A DNA stretch of 31,794 bases, taken from positions 1-31,794 of the forward strand of contig CACXHH010000191.1 of assembly GCA_902767455.1 (NCBI GenBank). Direction: 5' to 3'. The translations under genes and the position numbers were made by a program. Below are positions 1 through 7,418 of the stretch, piece by piece. Below the pieces are notes generated by a model. It worked only from the letters and a program-made list of their open reading frames with translations, did not search any database and was not told the DNA's origin. This DNA is from an uncultured Eubacteriales bacterium. Lineage in GTDB: Bacteria > Bacillota > Clostridia > Christensenellales > Borkfalkiaceae. Position 1 is the first letter of the stretch. The number at the start of each line of letters is the position of its first letter.

Positions 1-437
1 GAAGCGTTTACGAGTTTTTCCAAAGCCGCCAAAGAAGCGCCCGTGGAGATAACGTCATCAACGATGAGAACGCGTTTACCTTTGAGATATTCTACGTCCG
101 AACCGTCGAGATAGAGCGCCTGTTGACCGCGGGTGGTGATGGACGTGACGTCAAACTTGACGACGTTGCGCATATAAAGTTTTGCCGATTTGCGGGCAAG
201 AACGTATTTGTTTACGCCCATTTGCCTTGCCATGGAGCAAACGAGAGGGATACCCTTACTTTCGGCTGTGATCATTACGTCGTGTTCGGGGGCTCTCTTG
301 ATAAGCTCGCGCGCGCAAGCTTCGGTAAGTTCCGTGTCGCCGAACATTACGAACCCGGCTATGTAAAGTTTATCGTTGAGCGGGCAGAGCGGAAGCTGTC
401 TTTCAAGCCCTGCGATCGTCATTTTATAGTATTCCAT
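1..437 (-). CDS. Type I phosphoribosyltransferase (adenine PRTase-like), 3' end runs off the window
   Basis: Not in the ORF track because it is open at the edge. Manual translation from ATG at 437 gives MEYYKMTIAGLERQLPLCPLNDKLYIAGFVMFGD...AESKGIPL...LARK...KRVLIVDDVISTGASL. This includes the PRPP-binding motif VLIVDDVISTG. A GAGG SD-like sequence lies upstream. Confidence 0.9.
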   Translation of the reverse strand, partial: MEYYKMTIAGLERQLPLCPLNDKLYIAGFVMFGDTELTEACARELIKRAPEHDVMITAESKGIPLVCSMARQMGVNKYVLARKSAKLYMRNVVKFDVTSITTRGQQALYLDGSDVEYLKGKRVLIVDDVISTGASLAALEKLVNA

Positions 438-454
438 ATCAAGCCTCGCAGTTT

Positions 455-886
455 TCAGTTTTCTTCCTTATCTTTTTCGTAAGAAGCAAACTCGTATTCG
501 TCCTCGCAACCGCAATCGCAGTGGTGGTGATGGTGTTCGTCGCCGCAATCGCATTCGTCTTCTTCCATGACCTTGGTGAATTCGTTGAAAACGGCGTCGA
601 GAGTAGCCTGATCTTCAACGGGAAGAAGCTCATTTTCGGCGGATATCTCGAAGATGACCACTTCGTCGGGATCGACGCCCGCGACTTCTTCGGCGGGCTG
701 GAAGAAGGCGTAGTCTTTACCTTCGTAATCGAGCGTGGCGATATGATAGAAGTTGTAAACGTTGCCGGCTTCGTCGGTAAGTTTTACCAGAGCTTCTTCG
801 TCTTCGCACCCGCAATCGCAACCTTCGTCGTGACAGTGTTCGTGTTCTTCGTTAAGCATTTCTTCTTTTTTGGTTTTTTCGTCCAT
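455..886 (-). CDS. DUF1292-family acidic protein with Cys/His-rich N- and C-terminal arms
   Basis: Core LVKLTDEAGNVYNFYHIATLDYEGKDYAFFQP...LLPVEDQATLDAVFNEF resembles DUF1292. It lies directly downstream of ruvX, the usual Firmicutes arrangement. GGAG SD at the end of ruvX. Confidence 0.8.
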   Translation of the reverse strand: MDEKTKKEEMLNEEHEHCHDEGCDCGCEDEEALVKLTDEAGNVYNFYHIATLDYEGKDYAFFQPAEEVAGVDPDEVVIFEISAENELLPVEDQATLDAVFNEFTKVMEEDECDCGDEHHHHHCDCGCEDEYEFASYEKDKEEN

Positions 887-888
887 TT

Positions 889-1314
889 TTATATTTCTCC
901 CAAATTTTTTAACCTGTTTATATAGTCTTCCAGAATATAGGAAGCGGCTATCGAATCGACGTAGTTTTTGCGCTTTTCGCGGCTGACGTCGCCGGCTAAA
1001 AGCACGCGCGTGGCTTCTTTCGTAGAAAACCTTTCGTCGGCGGTGACGACGGGGATATCCGTTACCGTTTTAAGCTTTGCGATAAAGCTTTCGGTAAGCT
1101 CGGTCTGTTCGCTTTTAGTTCCGTCAATTTTCACGGGAAGCCCGCAGACTATCCTGTCCGCCCCTTCTTTTTTTGCCAGTTCAGCCAAAAAAATAACGTC
1201 TTTTTCAAAATTTTTGCGCCAGTAGGTTTCGCGCGGCAACGCCATCGACATAAACGGATCGCTCACCGCAACTCCCACGCGCTTGTTCCCGATATCGTAA
1301 CAAATAAATTTCAT
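889..1314 (-). CDS. ruvX: YqgF/RuvX Holliday-junction-resolvase-like RNase H-fold nuclease
   Basis: YDIGNKRVGVAVSD, VCGLP, DERFST and VDSIAASYILEDY motifs; 141 aa. Confidence 0.95.
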   Translation of the reverse strand: MKFICYDIGNKRVGVAVSDPFMSMALPRETYWRKNFEKDVIFLAELAKKEGADRIVCGLPVKIDGTKSEQTELTESFIAKLKTVTDIPVVTADERFSTKEATRVLLAGDVSREKRKNYVDSIAASYILEDYINRLKNLGEI

Positions 1315-1322
1315 ACTTTATA

Positions 1323-1351
1323 ATTATACCACCATTTTACCTTTTTTACAA
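1323..1351 (-). promoter_or_regulatory. Sigma-A promoter of ruvX (TTGTAA-17-TATAAT, extended TG), 8 nt from the ATG
   Basis: Minus strand reads TTGTAA aaaaggtaaaatggtgg TATAAT tataaagt ATG, with no SD. Confidence 0.75.
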
Positions 1352-1509
1352 GCGATTTTATATATCCGAGCGGTATGCGGGCGCCCCTTTTTTACAAATC
1401 AGCGTTTTTTATACTCGGTAACCATTTGCCGCGCGTTTATCGCGTAACGAATATCGTCACGAACTATTGCCCATAATATTTTCGAAGTTAAAACTTCAAG
1501 GAGAAAAAT

Positions 1510-1731
1510 ATGGACAAAAAATTGATAACAGGTATGCTTCTGGGCGCGCTTATCGGCGTTATCGTCGTAGAGAACGTTCCGAAGGTCAAGGAACTCTATA
1601 ATAAAGGTCAGAGCGCCGTCGTCGACAAAATAAAAGCGATTTGCAAAAAGAAGGATAAGTCCGAAAATAAGGACGCTTCTTTTAGCGATGACGACTGCAA
1701 CGAGTGCGACTGCGAAGCCCGCCCCGTTTAA
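1510..1731 (+). CDS. Small membrane-anchored hypothetical protein (YtxH-like N-terminus, acidic Cys-rich tail)
   Basis: Strong AAGGAG SD. Hydrophobic N-terminus LITGMLLGALIGVIVV, a Lys-rich helix and the tail DDDCNECDCE. Followed by a terminator. Confidence 0.75.
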   Translation: MDKKLITGMLLGALIGVIVVENVPKVKELYNKGQSAVVDKIKAICKKKDKSENKDASFSDDDCNECDCEARPV

Positions 1732-1738
1732 TGAAAAA

Positions 1739-1759
1739 GCGGGGCTATAAGTCGATAAT
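1739..1759 (+). repeat. Dispersed 20-bp motif copy A (GCGGGGCTATAAGTCGATAAT)
   Basis: 18/20 match to consensus GTCGGGCTATAAGTCGATAA; starts 8 nt after the stop at 1731. Confidence 0.8.
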
Positions 1760-1779
1760 TAGTTTTTTTTGACGATAAA

Positions 1780-1823
1780 AACAGGCTGTTGAGAGCTGAA
1801 TATTCAGCTCTCAACAGCCTGTT
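1780..1823. terminator. Bidirectional terminator formed by a perfect 44-bp palindrome
   Basis: AACAGGCTGTTGAGAGCTGAAT|ATTCAGCTCTCAACAGCCTGTT lies between convergent genes, with A/T tracts on both sides. Confidence 0.85.
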
Positions 1824-1837
1824 CGTTTTTACGCTTT

Positions 1838-3022
1838 TTACGCTTTTTTGTTTTCGGGCAAATACTTTTTAAGCTCGTCGACCATATCGAGTTTTTCCCA
1901 CGAGAAGCCTTCTCTTCCGAAGTGACCGTAAGCGGCGGTCGCTTTATAAATGGGCTCTCTCAAACCGAGCTTATTTATTATCGAGAGCGGACGGAAGTCG
2001 AATTCCTTCGCGACGATTGAAGATATCTCTTCGTCGGGGATAACGCCCGTACCGAAAGTGTCGACGTACATTGAAACGGGCTTTGCTACGCCGATAGCGT
2101 AAGCAACCTGTATCTGAATTTCCTTTGCAAGCCCCGCCGCAACGACGTTTTTGGCTGCGTATCTTGCCATATACGCGGCGGATCTGTCGACCTTGGTAGG
2201 ATCTTTACCCGAGAACGATCCGCCGCCGTGCGGGCAAGAACCGCCGTAAGTATCGACGATTATCTTTCTGCCCGTAAGCCCGCAGTCGGCTTTGGGCCCG
2301 CCGACTTCGAAACGCCCCGTCGGATTGATATAATATTTGGTGTCTTTCGTGACAAGACGCGCGGGTATAACTTCGTTAATGACGTATTTTTGAATATCGC
2401 TCCTTAACTGCTCGGTCGTCACTTTTTCCGAATGCTGACTCGATACGACGACCGTATCCACGCCGACGACCTTTTTTCCGTCGTAAACGACCGTGACCTG
2501 ACTTTTTCCGTCAGGACGGAGATAATCGAGCAGTCCGCTCTTTCTTACGTCGGTCAAACGCTTGGCGAGCTTATGCGCAAGAACGATGGCGGTGGGCATA
2601 TACTCTTCCGTTTCGTCGGTAGCGTAACCGAACATCATGCCTTGGTCGCCCGCGCCAAGCTTGTCGGCAAGTTCGCCGCCGCGCTTGTATTCGAGCGAAT
2701 TGTCTACGCCGAGAGCTATGTCGGGACTTTGGTCCTTTATAGCCGTGATTATGGCGCAGTTATCGCAATCGAAACCGTATTTTGCGCGGTCGTAACCTAT
2801 CTCGCGTATGGTGTCGCGAGCGATCTTCTGAATATCTACGTAACATTCGGTAGTTATCTCGCCCGAGATGACGACCATGCCCGTGGAAGCAAAACTTTCG
2901 CAGGCTACTCTTGCGTTTTTGTCGTTTTTTAAAATTTCGTCAAGTATCGCGTCGGCAATTATATCGCAGACTTTATCGGGATGTCCTTCGGTGACACTTT
3001 CGCTCGTGAAATATTTTAACAT
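1838..3022 (-). CDS. metK: S-adenosylmethionine synthetase
   Basis: [35 protein letters not shown] and AAYGHFGR motifs. Start set at ATG 3022 (AGGAG SD) rather than the ORF-track start at 3043. Confidence 0.99.
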   Translation of the reverse strand: MLKYFTSESVTEGHPDKVCDIIADAILDEILKNDKNARVACESFASTGMVVISGEITTECYVDIQKIARDTIREIGYDRAKYGFDCDNCAIITAIKDQSPDIALGVDNSLEYKRGGELADKLGAGDQGMMFGYATDETEEYMPTAIVLAHKLAKRLTDVRKSGLLDYLRPDGKSQVTVVYDGKKVVGVDTVVVSSQHSEKVTTEQLRSDIQKYVINEVIPARLVTKDTKYYINPTGRFEVGGPKADCGLTGRKIIVDTYGGSCPHGGGSFSGKDPTKVDRSAAYMARYAAKNVVAAGLAKEIQIQVAYAIGVAKPVSMYVDTFGTGVIPDEEISSIVAKEFDFRPLSIINKLGLREPIYKATAAYGHFGREGFSWEKLDMVDELKKYLPENKKA

Positions 3023-3113
3023 TTTTATCTCCTTTATCTCCATAACTGTATTCTTGCTTTCGCAAACGTAAAACGCGAAAACTATTTCGTATAAGTGAAT
3101 ATAACTTTTAATT

Positions 3114-3142
3114 ATTATATCTTGTATTTATTAAAATGTCAA
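3114..3142 (-). promoter_or_regulatory. Perfect sigma-A promoter of metK (TTGACA-17-TATAAT)
   Basis: Minus strand reads TTGACA ttttaataaatacaaga TATAAT. It is back-to-back with the pflX-like promoter. Confidence 0.85.
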
Positions 3143-3149
3143 AGAAAAG

Positions 3150-3178
3150 TTTACAACGTTTATAAAGTATGATAAAAT
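3150..3178 (+). promoter_or_regulatory. Sigma-A promoter of the PflX-like gene (TTTACA-17-TAAAAT, extended TG), 6 nt from the ATG
   Basis: TTTACA acgtttataaagtatga TAAAAT aatatt ATG, with no SD. Confidence 0.75.
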
Positions 3179-3184
3179 AATATT

Positions 3185-4042
3185 ATGCACAAATGTTCAC
3201 TTTGTCCTTTATCGTGCAACGCCGAAAGGGAAAAAGCCGTCGGCGCGTGCGGCGTCGGCGACAAGATCAAAATAGCCAAGTATTATCTTCACCCGTTTGA
3301 AGAACCCGTGATATCGGGCGTTTCGGGCTCGGGTACGATATTTTTTTGCGGTTGCTCGCTTAAATGTTGTTTTTGCCAGAACTACGAGCTTTCGAGAAAC
3401 TTACGCGGCAAAGAAATAACGTCTTACGAGCTTGCCGATATTTTTAAGTTTCTTGAGGACGAAGGCGCAAACAACGTCAATCTCGTATCTCCCACGCAAT
3501 ACTCCGACAAAATTATACAGGCCCTTAAAATTTATAAGCCGAAAATACCCGTGTGTTACAACACTCACGGGTATGAAAAAGTTGAGTTAATCGACTTATT
3601 GAACGACTTCGTGGATATTTATCTCCCCGATTTCAAGTACGTATCGCCTGACAGATCGTTAAGGTATTCGGGGGTAGCGAACTACTTCGAGTACGCCTTC
3701 CCCGCCATTGAAAAGATGATAAAATCAAAGCCTTGCGTTATCGGCGACGACGGGCTTTTAAAGCAGGGCGTTATAGTCCGCCACCTTATTCTTCCGCAAA
3801 ATCTTGACGAAACGCGCAAAGTTTTATCGGCGCTTAAAAGTATAATCGGCGACGCGTATTTATCGCTTATGTCGCAGTATACGCCTTTCGGCGAACTTAA
3901 ATACCCCGAACTAAAACGAAAGATAACGCTTCGGGAGTATAACGCCGCCGTATCGTTCGCCCGCGCCGAAGGTTTTGAAAAAGTATTTTTGCAGAACTTC
4001 TCTTCGCAAAGCACGGAGTTTATCCCAAGTTGGGATTATTGA
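3185..4042 (+). CDS. PflX-like radical SAM protein (pyruvate formate-lyase activating enzyme-related)
   Basis: N-terminal CSLCPLSC, HPFEEPVISG, GTIFFCGCSLKCCFCQN (CxxxCxxC), NVNLVSPT, DIYLPDFKY, VRHLILP and SLMSQYTP motifs. Confidence 0.9.
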   Translation: MHKCSLCPLSCNAEREKAVGACGVGDKIKIAKYYLHPFEEPVISGVSGSGTIFFCGCSLKCCFCQNYELSRNLRGKEITSYELADIFKFLEDEGANNVNLVSPTQYSDKIIQALKIYKPKIPVCYNTHGYEKVELIDLLNDFVDIYLPDFKYVSPDRSLRYSGVANYFEYAFPAIEKMIKSKPCVIGDDGLLKQGVIVRHLILPQNLDETRKVLSALKSIIGDAYLSLMSQYTPFGELKYPELKRKITLREYNAAVSFARAEGFEKVFLQNFSSQSTEFIPSWDY

Positions 4043-4192
4043 CTTTTCTTTTCGATATCAAGTAGCATTTTTGTAAGTTTCGCGCAAGTTTTTGGGCTTG
4101 CGTAGGTCAAAAGCTTTTCTATTTCGTTTTTCGTCAGCATATAAATAATATGCGCCGAAAGCAAATAAATATTTATACTTTAAGGAGTAACT

Positions 4193-4825
4193 ATGTTTCT
4201 CGCAACCGCAATCGAAACGCTCGACCACTCGTGGGCAAGCGTAATGCACGGCATGCAAAGCCCGTTTTTCAACGTGTTTTTCAAATACTTTTCGGTTCTC
4301 GCCGAACACGGACTGATAATACTTGCCATAAGCATTTTACTGTTTTTATTCAAAAAGACGAGAATACAAGGCTCGACGATATTCTTCGCCGTGGCGATCT
4401 CGATAGTTCTCGGGTATCTTGCGAAATTCGCAGTCGCCCGCCCGCGCCCCTTCTGGGACACGCAGACCGACTACTACGAGTGGTGGCTTGCCGCGGGAGC
4501 CGATTACTCTTCGAGCTACTCTTGCCCGTCAGGGCACGCGTGCGTTGCCTTCGCGTTCGCAACCGCGATGCTTATGACCTTCGATAAGCGCTACGGCTGG
4601 ACGGGATTCGTATTCGCGCTCGTAATCGGCGTAGCTAGAACGTATCTTATGCGTCATTACCTTACCGACGTACTTCTCGGACTCGTTTTCGGGCTTGTAA
4701 GCGGCGTTCTCGGTTACTTTGCCGTAGCCGCGATGAAAAGTTTTATTGAAAAACGCCCCGAAGGAAAGTTTTCAAACTTCCTTTTAAACTTCGATCTTAA
4801 ATCTGTTTTTGAAAAGAAACAATAA
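4193..4825 (+). CDS. PAP2-family membrane phosphatase
   Basis: Motifs KxxxxRPRP, SCPSGH and ARTYLMRHYLTDV; several TM helices; AAGGAG SD. Confidence 0.93.
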   Translation: MFLATAIETLDHSWASVMHGMQSPFFNVFFKYFSVLAEHGLIILAISILLFLFKKTRIQGSTIFFAVAISIVLGYLAKFAVARPRPFWDTQTDYYEWWLAAGADYSSSYSCPSGHACVAFAFATAMLMTFDKRYGWTGFVFALVIGVARTYLMRHYLTDVLLGLVFGLVSGVLGYFAVAAMKSFIEKRPEGKFSNFLLNFDLKSVFEKKQ

Positions 4826-4837
4826 AAAAGCATACTG

Positions 4838-4869
4838 AAAGCGGTCGGGTAAAACCCGACCGCTTTTTT
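4838..4869. terminator. Bidirectional rho-independent terminator
   Basis: AAAGCGGTCGGGT-AAA-ACCCGACCGCTTT followed by a T tract, between convergent genes. Confidence 0.85.
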
Positions 4870-4875
4870 CGTTAA

Positions 4876-4895
4876 GTCAGTCTATAACGCGATTA
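4876..4895 (+). repeat. Dispersed motif, degenerate copy B (GTCAGTCTATAACGCGATTA)
   Basis: 15/20 match to consensus; intergenic between convergent genes. Confidence 0.45.
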
Positions 4896-4921
4896 AAAGC
4901 GTTTTTTAATCGGAATAATCG

Positions 4922-5818
4922 TTACTTATTAAAGAATTCAAGTATATCTTCATAGACTTTTCCGTTATCCGTTTCGTTGAGTATCTCGTGGCGCATGCCT
5001 TTATAGGTTATAGCCGAAACGTTTTTAAAGCCCGCGTTTTCAAAAAGTTTTTTGCTTGCGGCTCTGCCCTTTTCGCCGCCCGTGCAAGGATCGTCTTCGC
5101 CGCCCACGAGAAGCACGGGCATATCTTCGTTGACGTCAACGTATTTACCGACCTTGCCCATTTTATTCAGCAAGTGGAAAAGCGCGCTGAACGAGCCGTT
5201 AGTGAACTTGATACCGCAAAGCTCGTCCGCTATATATTTTTGAACGTTTTCTTCGTTTACGCTCAACCAGTCAAGATTCGTCTTTCTGTCCTTTATGGAC
5301 TTGGCGTAAGGCCCTAACGCAAGGGTATACAGCAGTTTTGACGATTTCGTCTTTCCGCTTAAAGCTTTGACTATATTGCCGAGAAAAACCGCGACGGGGC
5401 TTGCCGGGTTGGGATTGACGTAGCCCGACAGCGCGACTTTCGCGTAATTTTTCGATTTCGTCTGCAACAAAACGCGGGAAATTATCGAGCCCATCGAGTG
5501 CCCGAAAAGATACACCGGCAAATCGTTGAAACGCTCTTTGATATACCCGTAAATAGCGTTCTGGTCGTCGATAAGAAGTTCTTCGCCTTTTTTATCGGCG
5601 ATATGCCCGATAAGCGGAGCGTCTTCGCCGTGCCCCCTCAAATCGGAAACGACGACCGAATACCCGTTTTTGCATAAAAATTCGGCGAACGGGTAATATC
5701 TTTCTTTGTGTTCCTGCATTCCGTGAACTATCTGTATCACGGCTTTACCTTCTTCCGCCGCAAAAACGGCAAGCGACAGTTTATATCCGTCGGAACTGTT
5801 TAAAAATAATTTTTCCAT
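4922..5818 (-). CDS. Alpha/beta hydrolase, lysophospholipase / monoacylglycerol lipase family
   Basis: HGMQEHKERY, DLRGHG, nucleophile motif GHSMG, GGEDD and MRHEILNE. ATG 5818 has a GGAG SD. Confidence 0.92.
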   Translation of the reverse strand: MEKLFLNSSDGYKLSLAVFAAEEGKAVIQIVHGMQEHKERYYPFAEFLCKNGYSVVVSDLRGHGEDAPLIGHIADKKGEELLIDDQNAIYGYIKERFNDLPVYLFGHSMGSIISRVLLQTKSKNYAKVALSGYVNPNPASPVAVFLGNIVKALSGKTKSSKLLYTLALGPYAKSIKDRKTNLDWLSVNEENVQKYIADELCGIKFTNGSFSALFHLLNKMGKVGKYVDVNEDMPVLLVGGEDDPCTGGEKGRAASKKLFENAGFKNVSAITYKGMRHEILNETDNGKVYEDILEFFNK

Positions 5819-5840
5819 AATCAACTCCGTTTTATATTGT

Positions 5841-7280
5841 TCAATCTATAAGACAGCGTTTTACCGCGTCAAGCCAAAGTTCGTACGTTTCGTCGTCACG
5901 CGTTTCGGGCAAGAAAGAAAGGAGTTCGCCGCCGCCCTTATACGCGAGCCCGAGCGCCTTCAAGCACATTTTGACCGAGCCGAGCACGGTGGCTTCTTTG
6001 TTGAGCGGAACTTTGACGGGCACTTGCAGCTGGTCCGCCTGAAACTGCATAAGGAATTTGTTTTCGCTTGCGCCGCCGTCGGCTTTGACGAAATCGAGAT
6101 CTATCCCGCTCGCCTGCTGCATTATATCGAAAAGTTCTCTCGCGGCGTACGCCATGGCCTCGAGCGCCGCCCTTACGACGTGCGCCTTTTCGGAGCCGCG
6201 CGTAAGCCCGTAAATAAGCCCGCGAGCTTCGCTCTTCCAGTGCGGAGCGCCAAGCCCCGTAAACGCGGGAACGAAACATACGCCGTTGGTAGAAGTAACG
6301 GAACGAGCGAGCGTTTCCGTTTCGGCGGCAGAAGTTATCATGCCGAGATTATCGCGCAAAAACTTTATCGCCGTACCCGCATTGAATACGCTTCCTTCAA
6401 GCGCGTAAGTCACTTTGCCGTCGACCTTGTACGCTACCGTCGAGATAAGCCCCTTATCGGTATGGCAGATCTTGTCGCCCGTGTTGAAAAGCATAAACAG
6501 CCCCGTGCCGTAAGTGACTTTTGCGCTTCCCTTTTCAAGACAGTCCTGCCCGAAAAGAGCCGACTGCTGATCGCCTATAACGCCCGCTATAGGCACTCTG
6601 TTTCCGCCGAAATCGGCAAAGCCGAACACCTTGTCGTTATCGAGAACTTCGGGAAGTATCTCGCGCGGAATACCGAATATCTTTAAAAGTTCGTCGTCGT
6701 ACGACATGGTATGTATATTATACAGCATCGTGCGGCAGGCGTTGGTGACGTCGGTAACGAAGTTTTCGCCCTTGGTCAGGCGGTAAATGATATAGCTGTC
6801 CACCGTGCCGACTCTGAGCCTTCCCGCTTCGAGCGCCTCGCGGACTTTGGGAACGTTGTCGATCAGATATTTGATCTTACTCGCCGAAAAGTACGCGTCG
6901 ACGACAAGCCCCGTCTTATCGTAAATGAGCCGTTTGGTTTGCGCGGACATTGACTCGCAGAAGTCTTTAGTCCTTCTACATTGCCAGATAATCGCGTTAT
7001 AGAGCGGTTTACGGGTAACGCTGTCCCAACAGAGAACGGTTTCGCGCATGTTGGTAAGCGAGATACCGATAACATCGCCGTCGACCTTGTCGTAAGCTTC
7101 GTTCAAGCACATACGAGTAGACAAGAAAATGTCTTCGGCTTCTTCTTCGACCCAGTCGGGCTTGGGGTAGATCTGGTCGACTTCTTTTTGCTTGACCATC
7201 TGAAAACTTCCGTCGTTCACGTCGTATACGCAGGAGCGGACGGAAGTCGTTCCCACGTCAAGACCTATAATATAACTCAT
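5841..7280 (-). CDS. glpK: Glycerol kinase
   Basis: IGLDVGTTS, AIIWQCRRT, DAYFSASKI, TDVTNACRT, GDQQSALFGQ, KVTYGTGLF, PAFTGLGAPHW and ADGGASEN motifs. Confidence 0.95.
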   Translation of the reverse strand: MSYIIGLDVGTTSVRSCVYDVNDGSFQMVKQKEVDQIYPKPDWVEEEAEDIFLSTRMCLNEAYDKVDGDVIGISLTNMRETVLCWDSVTRKPLYNAIIWQCRRTKDFCESMSAQTKRLIYDKTGLVVDAYFSASKIKYLIDNVPKVREALEAGRLRVGTVDSYIIYRLTKGENFVTDVTNACRTMLYNIHTMSYDDELLKIFGIPREILPEVLDNDKVFGFADFGGNRVPIAGVIGDQQSALFGQDCLEKGSAKVTYGTGLFMLFNTGDKICHTDKGLISTVAYKVDGKVTYALEGSVFNAGTAIKFLRDNLGMITSAAETETLARSVTSTNGVCFVPAFTGLGAPHWKSEARGLIYGLTRGSEKAHVVRAALEAMAYAARELFDIMQQASGIDLDFVKADGGASENKFLMQFQADQLQVPVKVPLNKEATVLGSVKMCLKALGLAYKGGGELLSFLPETRDDETYELWLDAVKRCLID

Positions 7281-7286
7281 ATATAT

Positions 7287-7315
7287 ATTTTACTATATAT
7301 TAAGATACTTTTCAA
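7287..7315 (-). promoter_or_regulatory. Sigma-A promoter of glpK (TTGAAA-17-TAAAAT), 6 nt from the ATG
   Basis: On the minus strand TTGAAA is at 7315-7310, TAAAAT at 7292-7287, then atatat and ATG 7280. No SD. Confidence 0.7.
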
Positions 7316-7329
7316 GACGTTTTTGAAAA
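7309..7329. promoter_or_regulatory. Inverted repeat TTTTCAA-N7-TTGAAAA overlapping the glpK -35 box (candidate operator)
   Basis: Directly visible dyad in the glpK/murG divergent spacer. Operator function is inferred. Confidence 0.35.
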
Positions 7330-7418
7330 TTTATATCAAAGAATATTTTATTTTCTCGCTTCACTCTTTTTTTGACTTTTAAAAATACAAATGACGTTTC
7401 GTATACATAATATATAAT

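Noticed and set aside
123-482. 119-aa + strand ORF (and 521-925 +)
   Set aside because: Antisense to the PRTase found manually on the minus strand, and to the DUF1292 gene.
1826-1846. Tandem TTTTTACGC duplication at the metK stop
   Set aside because: A 9-bp slippage duplication of the stop region with no evident function.
6024-7382. Several + strand ORFs of 80-220 aa over glpK, and similar ones over metK, mfd, prs and the surface-protein genes
   Set aside because: Antisense or out-of-frame shadows of well-supported genes, with no motifs or translation signals.
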